Below, one piece after another: positions 38,431 to 51,229 of a stretch of 64,000 bases of DNA. The DNA is taken from contig MU058009.1 of assembly GCA_013265495.1 (NCBI GenBank), positions 1,798,001 through 1,862,000 on the forward strand, given 5' to 3'. The notes under the pieces were generated by a model. That model did not search any database, was not told the origin of the DNA, and was given only the letters and a program-made list of their open reading frames with translations. The stretch's first letter is position 1, and every line of letters begins with the position of its first letter. The DNA is from Vicugna vicugna (lineage: Eukaryota). The position numbers and the translations under genes are program-made.

Positions 38431-40104
38431 TGCTGCTTTCCAAAAACAGAAGACAGAGGACTGTGCTCCCAAGAATTCTGTCTGCATTTTGTATGCTCTC
38501 TGGCTGCCAAGAGAAGGGACTTCTGGTCATTATGCAAAGAATGTGGGCTCCCCGTGGTGACCCAGGGACTCACTCTCCAGAGAGGCCTGGTTTGGGAGCC
38601 CAGAGGGCCCTCGGAGCAGGGACAGTGGCAGGGAACTCGCTCTGGTTGCTTTGGACATCCTTTCACTTGCCTCCAGCAAAGCTCGTCAACCACAGAAAGT
38701 TGTCCTGACAAGGCGGGGGGCAGAATCTGGGGAGAGGATGGGAAGGAAACTGGGACATGGGGTCAGGGCCTCTCGGGCCCTGTGTCCTGGGTCATTCCCT
38801 GTGCGAGAAATAAACACCCAGCCTAATAGTAAGAATTAGGAAAGGCTGGGGAAATTGGGCCTTTTCCGTCTCTGACTCCATGTGGCCTGTAACTGTGGCT
38901 CGTGTGCGTCTGTCCTGGCCGTGGAGGACAGTGACCGTTTCTTCCATGTGTTTCTGCAGAGAACGGGGAGGTCCTCAGGGCACATTCTCCTGCCTGTCCT
39001 TGCTGCTCTGGGGGCTTTTCCATCTCTGCCTCCATCTCTGCTAAGCTGCCTGGAGACGCAGTTCTCAGTTCATCACTAATACCACCCAGGCCACGACGTA
39101 GCAATGCTCTGACCACATCCCGCATCACTCAACCGATGTCCCCGTGGAAAATAACCTTTGACTTAATCTAAGGAAAACAAATGTTGGAAGAGACATCTGC
39201 GGGTACTTTGAAAAAATGAAGAGAAAAGAAAACAACATATATGTGACAAATTCAAAATAAGGGAAGTTTTTTTATTAGTGAATTCACAGTTCTGCACGTG
39301 GCATTCTGCTGACATTTACCACGTGCACAGTGTCTGAAGGGCAGTGTGAGCAGGTGCTGGCCGCCTCCTGTCCTGATTATCTCGGCAACAGATGCCTCCT
39401 CCCCTCGTTTGCAGGGTTGTTTAACAGAGCCTTGCGTGTGCCCCGTCGAGGCCTGAATTCAGACGCCAGAAAGAGACAGAGAGGCCTGCGGCTGCAATGG
39501 AATTATGTGATAGTTGGAAGGGAGACGCGGAAACACAGGTTAGCGAAGTAGGCTCTCTTTTCTAGAAACCCATGGAATTCACATTTCAAATCTATTATCT
39601 TCAAACCCACTTATTTTGAACTGTAGGCAACCCTGGTTACTTTTAAGTAACCAACCCAGTTGAGAAAGACGTATCTCTCTGGCTTTATCAGTCTCCTTGC
39701 CCCTGCCCTCTGCCCTCTGCCCTCTGCCCCCAACTCCAGCCCACAGGTTCTCATTGGCATCTCGCAGCATTGTGCTTTTTTTTTTTTAATTGTTTTTAAA
39801 AAGTTGGTATATTCTACATTCTAAGAACTTTAGGCACCTAATTTAGGTACTTAATTTGCATTATCTCATTTTATCTTTATTCAGAATCTAGCCAGTTAGA
39901 TACTGGCATTGTCCACAATCTACAGGTGAGGAAATGAAGTTTATAAAGTGTAAATAAATTGCACTAGGTGGTGTGTCAGTGAGTAATTGATGGAACTTGG
40001 ATTGGAACTCAAATCTCTCTGACTCCAAAGATTGTGCTCTGTGTTGCAGTGAACACAAGGAGTTACCCTCAAAGGGGTTATAGTCCAACTGGGAGGTGAC
40101 AGGT

Positions 40105-40325
40105 AGTGGTTAAGTGCCCAGACAGCACACCTGAATTTGAAACCAGGTCACATTCACTTGCCGTGTGACGTGAACAACTTAGCTCATGTCTCTGAATATC
40201 CATTTTCTCATCAGAAAAGTAAGGGTGCCAGCAGTCTATCCCTTGCAGAATTGCTGGGAGGAGTAAATTAGATCGCTCACGTAAATAGGATTTGCACGTA
40301 ATAAATGCTATGATAATCGTCTGCT
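40105..40325 (+). mobile_element. MIR SINE
   Basis: GTAGTGGTTAAG..TGAATTTGAAACCAGG..GCCGTGTGACGTGAACAACTTA..TCTCTGAATATCCATTTTCTCATCAGAAAA..TAATAAATGCTA. Confidence 0.6.
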
Positions 40326-41800
40326 ACTTTGATCTGTTTCTATCATGAGAACAGGGATGTGTTATCAGTGATGTGCTGAAGGCATCTTACCCAAACTGGT
40401 CTGCATCAGGACAAGTGCCCATCGGCTGTGGCGCCCTGGGCCAGCAGGGCACCCCAGGAAGGAAGGAAGGCATATTTTGGTCAGCATTGCTAAGGGCAAA
40501 CATGGCATCCACTCAGCCTGGGACTCCAGCTGCTGCTTCTCGTAGTTGCCCTTGCCTGGGAGCTCTGGCAAATGGGACAGGCGGAATACTGATGTTCTGG
40601 GCCACCTGCCTGCTCGGAGTCAAGGGACCAGGTGCTGCCCTCTGAGGCTAAGACACAGTGACTGAGGGACCCGAGCATCCTTGACTGGCCTTGCCTTCCC
40701 AGTGCTCAGCAGAGTGGAGCAACGAGCTTCTCTGAATCCTGTTACTAAGCTGATTCAGGGCTGACTTCACAGGCACAGGTAGGGACAGGGGCCGAGAGAG
40801 ACCCCAGCGCCGAGCACCACAAGCCCTCGGCCCGTCCCACTGAAGTCGGTTCCCACACAGCGTCCCCAGCAGCAGCCTGTGCTCCAGTCTGTGAAGAAGC
40901 CTTGCCTCCGTCTGAGTGAAGGGCTCAGGGCGCGTCCAGAAGCAGGAGGGAAGCTAAGGAAATCGGTCCCTCCGAGAACAGTCTGAACTTCCATGCTGTC
41001 CTTCCCACGTTCAGCCTGTCAGCCCGAAGTCAAGACCCGGCAACAAATCACCAGTGAAAAGATCTCAAACACCCACCGTGCACTCACTCCTGTGAAGGGT
41101 CTTAAGCGCAAGGAAGAGTTTTGAAGTTAAACTCAGTGTTGAGAGTTTAAGCAAAAGTAAGCAGCCTCTGAGGACAGCAGCGGCCACACACGTGCCACAA
41201 GCTCTAGGCGTGTCATTGGTGTGTCTGCCAGCCCGGCAGCTCCGCAGCTCCTCGGTACTGACACCCACATCAAATCACCCCCCGGGACCCCCGGGGTCCC
41301 CGGAGGGGACAAGATGCTCTCACACAGTCTGTCGGCCGCACTCACCCCGCAGGACGCTCCTGTTGCCTCCTCCTGCTCCCTGCCCGTCTCCCCTCAATGC
41401 TCCTGCTGCCCCCAAGGCAGTCTGGAGACCACCCCTCACTGCCCCTCGGGCACCAGCGGCACGTGGTCTCGGGGCAACCCCAACGCTCTCCGCCGGGAAC
41501 GGCAGAGGGCTGCTGTGTCCTTCCAGAGGCAGAGGGACCCCTCCCAGCCCTGCCGCTTCTCCAGCACCCAGACCAGCGAGTCTGGGGCCTCGGCTCCCCG
41601 AGGCTTCGATTCCCGCCCAGCAGCCCCCACCTCCCTCCTCTGCCTGTGGTAGGTTTCCTAATTCGGCCCAGCAGGCAGACAGGGGCCGCCCTCCTTAACT
41701 TCTCTCTCTCTCTCCACCTCCTCCCAACCACCAGTTCTATTCTCCACACTGTTATAAGTGTTTTTGAGCCCTTTCCCAGTCCATGGTTGCAAACAGAAAA

Positions 41801-41818
41801 GTGTGTGTGTGTGTGTGT
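41801..41818. repeat. (GT)9 microsatellite
   Basis: Perfect dinucleotide run read directly from the sequence. Confidence 0.9.
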
Positions 41819-43528
41819 CTACCCGAGCGGTACTCTCACTTCGCCCTTAAAAGCTCGAATGAGCCAGAGGGCATTACCATGAGGGAAGACTGCATGCACC
41901 TACAAAATGGGAGGACTGGGACGCACAGGAGGCAAGAGGGCCAAGAAAGGCTGCTCCGAGCACAAGGACTCACAGACTCTGAGGCACACGAGTGCGCGCA
42001 GGGCTCGTTTAGTGGGGCCGCGGGAACGGCACACCCAGGACAGGTGTGCAGCGTGGACCATGCCCGGTGGGGGGCTGGGGTGGCACTGAGTTCTGGGGAA
42101 ACAGGCGGAGGAGAGCAGATTTGCCATGATATCAAGGGAGCTCTCAGAGGCATCTGAGCCGAGGTTGTGGTCGATGGCGGTACTGACTGCTTTCAAGGGA
42201 GCCAGATGGGCAGGGGGCCGTGCAGGGTGGGCTGGGTGAGGGAAGGGTGTGCGAGTGTGTGGTCACGGAGCAAAGAGTCCGAGAGAGAGACTTCGGGAGC
42301 CCCAGACAAGACTAGACAGACAGGAGAGGTGTGAATCGGTTTGGGGTAAACCAGGGTCCTCTCCTCCTGCGACATGGCTTTTTGGCTGGAGTTTCTTTTG
42401 ATGGTGAATTAAAGGGAACTTCTACTTCAAAATAAGTTCAGACTAGTTTTGTGCCCTGTACCAAACTACACTTTGTCTTGCAAAGTATTTTTTCTCTTCT
42501 CCGTAAGAGTGTCTCCACGGTCAACCTCAGGAAGCCCCAGCTTGGTCTTTTCTGTCCTCTGTTACAGCCTCTCTGCTGTGAACCTGGGTTTTGCCACCTG
42601 CTTGGCCCCCCCGACTTGACAATCCTGTTTCTCTGCTTCTTGACCTGTGCTCTCTAGGGATAGTGATGTAAGGGGTCTTCCTCCCTTCACCAGAGCATCA
42701 CTACCCCAAGTCCTGCCTCCCCGGCCTCCTAGCCGCCATAGTTTCATCATCCTCACCCCTAACCTAGACAAAATGGAAGAAGTTCTTTCATTGGAAACTG
42801 CAAGCTTTGTGCGTGATCGAGCAATTAAGCCACTCTCCACCACAGACGACGATACCCCGTTTCTTAGATGTGATCCCTCTGTGTAGCAGAACTGAAGAAC
42901 GTTCATCACCTTTACGCCCAAAGGGCATTTATGGGTCCCAGGTGGCAACGCGTCTCTGCTCCTCGTGTAGAACCCCAGAAGTTCCCGGGCTGAAGCTCAG
43001 CCCTCTGGAAGACGTCAATGTCACACTTTTCTACTTGGGACCACTGTGTGCCCAGAGGACAATTCCAAACTGCTTTGGGATGTAGAGCCCAGGCTGATCC
43101 CTCAGTGAAGGGGAGGATGGATATAATAACCAAAAACAAGTGGTTCTGAGAAGCACAGCTTTGCTCTGAGCCTGACACAGGCATCAGGTGGAAAGTGAAG
43201 GCTCCCAGCAGAGTTTCGGTCTGAATCCCGGGACCCCTTGTCCTCTCCATACTATACAAGCAGCTCAGCTTTGAACGTCCCGTCTCCGGCCATGTCTGTC
43301 CTTGGCAAAGCCTCCTGGTGCGGGAGCAGACTTCCTGGAGTGTGTTCCAGTAATTCTTCCCTGATCTCAGCCGGAAACAGACGCAGAAGAGCCTTTTCTT
43401 TTGAAGTATGGCTGTTCTCCTGCTAGGGTTGAGAATGGCCCTGGGCGAAGGGGTAGCAGTTAGCTGGTAGACAGATGGTAATTTTACAGGTGGGGGACGG
43501 GGCAGGAAGGGGTGGGGCTAAGGTAAAC

Positions 43529-43637
43529 AACTTAATCATCTCTTTAAAGGTCTTATCTCCACCTACAGTCAGATGCTGAGGAACTGGGATTAGGGCTTCA
43601 ACACATGAATTTTAAGTGAACAATTCAGCCCAGAGCA
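43529..43637 (+). mobile_element. MLT1 (ERVL-MaLR) LTR 3' fragment
   Basis: ATCTCTTTAAAGGTCTTATCTCC..ACAGTCAGATGCTGAGGAACTGGGATTAGGGCTTCAACACATGAATTTT..CAATTCAGCCCA resembles the MLT1B/C/D 3' end. Confidence 0.7.
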
Positions 43638-44289
43638 GGTGGCCTCAGAGGATCCTTACTTGAAACTAATAATCATTCAAAGCTCACTTCACTGGGTGTC
43701 ACTGTGTGCCCGAGACTGTTCTAAGCATTTTGCGTGTGGTGACTGTCTCATCCCCACAATTACAGGCTGCATGATTCTAGATTATGTAGATGATAATTAA
43801 TTCTAGATTATAGATGACTACCTTCTTTTCTGAAACACGATCAACTTAACTTGGTGGAATCAGGTCATACGGTGACCCTCACACCCAGTCCCTGCTCTGG
43901 GTCCCTGTGATCTGAGGGGCCTGGGAGGGAAACTCTCATTTCCGGGCTTCAGCTGGTAGATCTCTGGAAAGTGCAGGACAGCGTTTCTCCATCCATCACC
44001 TCCACCCGTTCCGGCAGGTGATGGGACAGCCTGAACGGGAGGACAGAACATCCTCTTTCAGCCCTGACTCCCCCGCCCACAGCGCTGAGATGCTGCCCTC
44101 TTTCCTGGGCATGCTGAATCATTACATTTAAGACTGGAAACTGTCATCTCAAGGAGTCAGGCAAGGAAGGAGGAGGGAGCGCTCAGTCCTGGGGAGGCAG
44201 AGGGCCTCCCACCTGAATCGCGGGTGTGTAGGACGGAGCGGCCCCCTGGAGCGCCCCTCAGCAAACAAGCTAGACACCTGTCCCTACGT

Positions 44290-44370
44290 CTTCTCATTTG
44301 ACCGCCTATCAACGGCGAAAAAGCTATTCTTATTCCGGTTTACAGATAAGGAAACTGAAATTAGACAGGG
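44290..44370 (-). mobile_element. MIR core fragment (antisense) ~470 bp upstream of exon 2
   Basis: TTTACAGATAAGGAAACTGA is the reverse complement of the MIR core TCAGTTTCCTCATCTGTAAA. Confidence 0.55.
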
Positions 44371-44803
44371 CCACAGCCCTGGGCCCCACCCTTCCCTTGT
44401 GTGACCTTGAGCTACCTACTTAACCTCTCCGGGTGGGTCTCACTGGCCTCACCTATGAAAGAAATGCTCCCTCTCGTGTGCCCGTAGCTGGACGGCTCCC
44501 CCAGCTAGTGACCAGCATTTCTGCTCATCCGGAGAGCGCCCGGGCTCCGAGCACCACGACATCACACATGCGCGCCGTGTAGCCATTCTCCTTGGCTTCC
44601 TGCTCCCCGCCCTCCTTTCTGGGGGTCCCAGCCTCCAGACCCACGTGAACACACTCCTGGCAGTCCTCCTCCTTGCGTCGCTGCCCAGCCTCCCCCTCAC
44701 CCGGGGTCACCCGCAGAGACCCATCAAGTGGGCATGAGTGAGAGTCACTGACCCCCCGGCAGCCCTGGAGTTGGGGTGGAGAGTGATGCTGGGTCAAGGG
44801 TGA

Positions 44804-45049
<246 letters not shown>

Positions 45050-45869
45050 TGAGCCCGCCGGGCGGGGACTGCCCTGGGTAGGGCTGGGGGCTCGGGGCCG
45101 GCACCTGCATCCCGGTGTCTGGGTCAGGTGGGCGCGGCACGGGGGTGTCCGGGGTGGGCGAGGCGCTGGTGCCGGGCCAGGGAGCCCGGCCAGTCCCTAG
45201 AGAGCGGAGGTGAGAGCAGGGCCAGGGAGGCCCCTGCCTCTTGGGGCCTCGACTCCGAGGCCGGGTTAGAGTCAGGCCCGTGCACCGACCGGCACCCAGC
45301 TCGCCTCCTTCACGGCAGCCCGGTGCAGCCCTACTGGGGTCACTAAGCGAGAAGGTGCTTCTCCGTGTCTTCGTGAAGATGCTAAGCTCTCTGCGTGCGC
45401 CCCACCAGAGCAAAGATGACAGACCATTCCTGGAGTAAAAGTCCAGGAGCGCCAGCAAAGGGGGACACGCCTGCGGGCCCACGTGCGAGGGAGGGCACAT
45501 CACACTGGGGAAGTGCTGGAGATGGTGCTGCCCAGGGCCTGTGGAAACGGATGGGGTGGCCAAGAAGAGGAACGCCCCAGGGTGAGGGGGCAGGTGGCCC
45601 GGTACCAGTCCCCGCTCTGCACGTGGGTCAGTTACTCATCCCTCAGTGCGCCAGCCGGAGCAGCCCTGGCCCACAGGCTCGTTGTGAGAGCTGACACTGA
45701 TGCTGTAGGGGACCCACCCAGGGCAGGGCTGAGGACTCGGAACGCACTGGACGTCATGACAGTGACCTTCACCAGCAAAGTTTGAAACAAAGAAAGCACT
45801 AGTCTCAGTCACGAAACCAAGCCAGTGGGCCCACAGCACAGGGAGACACAGACGGAAACGAGGAGAGGG

Positions 45870-46460
45870 CCCTGATTGCCAGGCTGAGAAAACAGGGCAT
45901 TTATTCCACATGCAGACACCGCCTTGAAGCATTTGGACGTGACATGTTAGCACCATCAGCACCGCGACTTAAGGTTCGAGAGCTGAGCGTGACTGTACAC
46001 AGAGATGGGGAGGGGAGAGTTGGGAAACTGAGACGTTGGTGAAACAGCCCAGGTGGGAAATGATGAAGTTCTGAACTAGGGTGATGGCACTGGCTGTGGA
46101 AGTAAAAAGGGAAAGTCACATGAGGGACATTGCGGGGGACAGTGAGCAGGGCTTAGGTGGCTAAATACCGTGCATGTGGGGAGAGGGTGAATCAAAGGCT
46201 AGCAAAGCTGGGCTGTCTGCAGGAGTGAAGGTGCCAGCAGCCACCACAGGAGCGGGGAGAGGAAATGCTTTGAGAAGGGATGTCAGCGTTCCCCGTGAGA
46301 TGTGTGCTGAGCAATCGGTAGAAATCCAGATAAAAACATAGACTCGGCTTTGGAAACCGAAGCTCAGACAACATTAGGGGGTTGGAATTTAGGCTTGGGC
46401 CTCATCTCAGAAGAGTTCTAGCTGAGAAAGTGGATGAGGTCACTAAGGAAGCAGGTCTAG
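45870..46460 (-). mobile_element. L2 fragment in intron 2
   Basis: CCAGGCTGAGAAAACAGGGCATTTATTCC..CCCAGGTGGGAAATGATG..GAACTAGGGTGATGGCA.. is a degenerate antisense L2 body. Confidence 0.45.
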
Positions 46461-47089
46461 AGTGAGGCGGAGGCGCTGAGCTGGTGGGGAGCCCCCCTCC
46501 CACCGATGGCCCTGGGCTCAGACCTGCCCGGGAAAACTCCAGCCCCACCAACCAAAACCGGCCCCTGGGATGCCAGCTGCCTAAGGCTCGGCGGTTCGGA
46601 GCCAGAAGCCCCTCACATGAGGGTCCCTCCTCAGAGGCAGTGAGAGTAACACGCAGCTCACTGCGGAAGGACACAGTTTGTCAAACACTTCTCCACATTA
46701 TCACTCGCTCCCCAGCACTGTCCCACGAGAATGTAATTCCACTCCGATATATGGAGGCAAATCGGGCTCTGAGAGGACGACTGACGTGCCCAAGGACTTA
46801 GAGGAGGCAGCGCTGCCCCAGAGCCCAGGCTCTCGGGTCCTGGCCTGCAGCCCACCTCCCCACCGCCTCCCCGAAGAGCATCTACTGTCTCATGTCTGCC
46901 GACACCCACCAGACAGTGAGGAGGGCCGTTCATCAATGCCTCCCAAACTGGCCTGACCACAGGAGCCCCTGCTGCTTGCTGGAAATCCAGATCCACCCCT
47001 GAAGAGGCTGTGGTCTGTGGGAGCCTGAATCCAACCACTGCTCAACTCTGCAGCCCCACCCCAGCCCAAGCCAGCAGCCCCTCTCCTCC

Positions 47090-47650
47090 GAGGTTCCCCT
47101 CTCCTCCAGGAGCATCCTCTCCTCCCACATCCTCTTGCCTTCCTGAAGTCTGCTCATCACACAGCAGCCAGTGTCCTCCTTTAGAAGATTTAGTGTGGGA
47201 GAAAAAGAAATATTTCACTTTCTTGCTCAAAATCCTTTCTTGGATGACAAAGTCCTTTGCATGGGCCACCAGCCCTCTGACACCCTCTTAACCCCCTCAC
47301 CCATCTCACTCCTTCCACCCACACCAGCCACACGAGGCTCGAACTGTTCGTGGATCCCAAGCGGACTCCTGCCTCGGAGTCCAGGCCCACGTGTCCCTTC
47401 TCTCTGGAACACTCCTGCTCTATCTAGTCTGCCAACTCTCTCCTGTACTTGTTTCAGGTCTCTGCCCGAATGTCCCCTCCTCAGAGGCCTTCCCTGATCA
47501 CTAGACCTAAAATGGCGCTATCAGTCTTTACCCTGATTTGGTTCCTCCTGGCTGCTGTCACATCCTTCTCTGAAACCCGGGCAGGGCTCTGTTGTCCCTG
47601 AGCAGTGCCTGGCACGTGACAGTTGTTCAACACCCAGTTACTACATGAAT
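47090..47650 (+). mobile_element. L2 3' region (sense), interrupted at ~47187-47210
   Basis: CACAGCAGCCAG..TTGCTCAAAATCC..CCAGCCACAC..TTCTCTCTGGAACACTC..TCAGGTCTCTGCCCGAATGTCCCCTCCTCAGAGGCCTTCCCTGATCAC..CAGTGCCTGGCACG..CATGAATG. Confidence 0.65.
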
Positions 47651-48437
47651 GTGGGAAGGAAGGTGTGGTCCACCCGAGTCAGAGGCAAAGATGCCCGGCC
47701 CTGTGGGTCATCGGTGTACAAGCAGGGCCACAGCCCGCGGTCGGCCGGCCTGGGTCTGGGCTCAGAAGGGGCTGCATTCGTGAGCTGACTGCTCCCTCCT
47801 GCTGCTGGGGAAGCCACAACACACCAAAGACTAATCCTGGGCAAAGAGGGTTCCCCCACCCAAAGGAAATCAGTTCTCAAACCTACTTGCCAGCTCATCC
47901 CTGACTCCGGTCACCCCATACGCCAGCAGGAGGACGGCTGTGTAAGACCCCGGGGAGCAGATGTGGTATCTACCTGGCTCTGGTTACACAAAGCAGCCCC
48001 TGCTTTTGATCTGCTTCTCTTGACCAGGGCCCTGAGCCGGTGGTAGGGGAGGCTCAGGAACTGATGCATTCTCACCCGTCCCAGGGAACAAAGAAGACCC
48101 AAAGGGCTCTCAGAGCCCAGCAGGCGAGGCACAGCCTTCACCAGCACCTCGTAAATATTCCCTAAGTGCTCACGTGGAAGCTGGACTGGTGGGCAGCAGG
48201 GAGCAAGGATTTTCAGAAAAGTGTCTTTGCTTTGGATGGAACCATGTGAGAGCAAAAAGGAGCAAGACGATGGAATAGACGCCAGCCTCTTAAACTTCTC
48301 CCTCTCCGCCCGGACTTCTCCTATCCCCCGGGTACCACTGATGTTGGCACTTCTAATGCAAAAGATAATTCCTAACTTCAGATGAAAAAACCGAAGCAGT
48401 TGTAAAATTTGGGCTCTCCTGGCTCAGGAACTACATT

Positions 48438-48789
48438 TGCACCTCGGATGCAGTAGCCACTAGTCATGGGTTCTTCGGAACACTTGAAATACGGCCTATC
48501 CAAAATGGACATGCTGGATTTAGAAGATTTAGTGTGGGAGAAAAAGTAAAACACCCCATTAATTATTTTTCTATATTGATTATGCTAGAATGGTCATCTC
48601 TGGGCTGCATTGAGTTAACAGAGTAATACATTTCAATATATGATTAAAATTCATTTTACCTGTTTTTTTATTCTTTGATACTATCATACTTTTTTGTTGT
48701 TATTTACCTGTTTTTATTTTTAATTTTAAAAACGTGGCTACTAGAAAATGTTCCGTTACGTGTGTGGTTCCTTCGAATGGACAGTGCTG
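48438..48789 (-). mobile_element. MER33-like hAT-Charlie element
   Basis: Contains GTAGCCACTAG..CACTTGAAAT..ATTAAAATTCATTTTACCTGTTT..CGTGGCTACTAGAAAAT..TGGACAGTGCTG. Confidence 0.7.
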
Positions 48790-51229
48790 GGTGAGGTTTT
48801 GGACCATCTCGTGATTTGCAGTGAATTCTCTCTGCATTCTTTGATAACTTGGGATTCTGAGTTACTTGATGCTTATCAGACACCCCAAGGAAATGTGTGT
48901 CTCTGGAGGAGGTATTCCGTAGGCCTAAAGCTGCAATGCCCCTCTTGCTTCTGATCCCAGCAGCAAGTCATCTGCACCAGGGCACAGGGTGGGGAGAACT
49001 GAGGGCTGAGGAGCCCACGGAAAGTCGAGCTCGCGCAGGTTGGGAGAGGTCCGCTCTGTGTCTCCGCACCTTCCCCCTGCGGTTGAATCTGTTAGCATGA
49101 GATGCTCTTGAAACAGCTGGGCCCCGGGGCTCTGTGCTGGGTATAGAATTCAGCAACTTGATCCCCGCTGTGGTCTGCAACCAACTCTCAGCTGCTTCCT
49201 GCCTCAACCACGGGGATTGGGGAAAACATCCCACAAAGGAAAGAATATCAACTTATGGAGGGAAACGCAGGACTCACTCCCCTTATGTACCTGACACTCT
49301 GGACCGGAGTTCAGTGTCAGTCTGCCCCGACGCTCCCGGGACTGGCCAGCTGGATCTGGATGGCCTTGTGAGACATCACAGACCTCAGCTCCATTTACAG
49401 GAAGACGAGCCTCCCAGACCCTGTCACTTCTACCTCTGACTGCGGGGGCCCCTTCCTAAGGCGCCTCCTAAAATTCTGCACCCTGCAGTCTGAAGCACGT
49501 CACACATCGGCTGGTGGGAGGCGCACCCAGGACTCTGGAGAAGCTACAGGCATCCACTGTGCAGGGAGATGAAGACAGCTATTGGGTTAGGGTGATGGCT
49601 TTACTGGGGATGATTCCTGGAAATTTGCTTTCAGTGTATTGCGTCTTCTTTTTAAAAACAAAAAAGTCCTATGCAACATCTCAGCATGGAGCCTACAGAA
49701 ATGCTGAAGGCATCACAGATTTGCTTAATTTTCAAACAGTGTACACATGATATGGAAGACACACATCGGATAGTCCCAGTGAGGTGGCTTGGGGAGCCCT
49801 TGAGTTAGCTGTGCAAATATCGAATATTAGGTATCCATTGACTGTGAACCTGGGCTGCAGACCTGTGGATCTGGATGACAAACCCTGAGTTCAGCTGCTC
49901 TGAGTTGAGTGGGAAGGTAGGAAAGACATTTGCAGCATCTAAAGAAGTTATCTTTAGGCAAGGTCTTTGAAATCTCCTTTCATTCAAAGACTCAAGATCT
50001 CTCACCTTGTTTTAAATCACTTGACAGTTTGCACAGCACTTCTGGAAACCAGTAGCAATCTTTTTAAAGAATACTCACCGAGCACACAAAAACAGAACCA
50101 GGGGGGTAAAGAGCTTATGTCCAGTGGCGAAAATAAAGGACCAGGCTGCAGGGTCCACATCATCTTTGCTGTGGCCTCTGCTGCCCGGGCTTCTGAGCCA
50201 CTGCCGAGAGGGAGATGCTCTGAGTTACACCCTCACAGGCACCGCCTCCTCCCTACGCTATTGTGGCGGCCCCCGGCCGTCTCCTCCCCTGTCCCGGTGC
50301 TACCAGCTGCCCGTGGGCTCCCACCCCGTGCGAGCTGTAAGTGCAGGGCTCAATACAAATCAGCAGCAGCCTGGGCAAGCTGAATGGCAAACTCTCTCCA
50401 GCTCCGTGCGTCCCCCCAACCCCCGCCTTGTTTTCAGGGGGCCTCTTCACAGGCGCCAGCTGCCTCATTCAAGAACAGCCTTTCTGCTGTGCTTCACCTG
50501 TGCGCGTGCTGTCCGCGGAGGCACAGCGCCCGGGGCTCCGGGACGGTGGGGTGTGCGGGGGGGCAAGCGGAAAAGGTACAGCTGCCCGCCCCCCCGCAGC
50601 AGTCAGAGGCGGGCCGGCCGGCGCACGCGTGGAGGGCCGGGGCGGGTGCCAGGGCTTTCCCTTAGGGCGCCGCTTTGCCGATGGTAGAGTCCGGGTCCAA
50701 GGACAGGACCTTGGTCCAGAGGAGACGTGCCCAGGCAGTGGTGCAGACAGGCCGATCCCCTGGCCCAGCTGGGGAGCAGGTGCACACACAGGGGTGAGGA
50801 AAGAGAGAGGACACCGAAATCTGGTAATGTCTTTGGGATAGGAAACCCGGAGGTTCCAAGCACTGGTCAGCCCCAGTGGTCACCCCAGCAGGAGCACCCA
50901 GGGCCTGGCCGTATTCAGAGGTCCCCCCCCGGGGGGAGGCGGGGCTGGCCCGGCCAAGCCGCACCCCTTAGGTGCTTCTCTTGCGCTGTGCTCAGACTCC
51001 TCTTCTCACCAGGCGACCTACCAGGCCGCTTTCACCAAATGGACCCTCTAGGCAGTTGGAGCTTCCTCTCTTCCTGGCACCAGGGACTGGCCCTGCTACG
51101 GTGCCTTGGGCATAAGGGGTCACTTCATTGCGGTGCAATGAGAAGGGCTGACCTCACCTGTGCATGGCACGGGGTCTGTTTGGGGCTCAGAAGTCCCCGG
51201 AGGCCCAGCTGATGTGGAAAGCAATTTTC

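Noticed and set aside
40457-40470. (GGAA)3 run, EWS-FLI1-type microsatellite
   Set aside because: Only three units, below the length associated with EWS-FLI1 enhancer activity.
41282-41302. GC-rich quasi-palindrome CCGGGACCCC-C-GGGGTCCCGG (10-bp arms)
   Set aside because: It is real, but within chance range for 64 kb of GC-rich DNA, and has no supporting context.
43774-43811. Short tandem duplication ATTCTAGATTAT (26-bp period), plus (TGCCCTC)3 at ~39704
   Set aside because: Ordinary slippage duplications with no functional signal.
47509-47519. YY1-like AAAATGGCG
   Set aside because: A single motif embedded in an L2 remnant.
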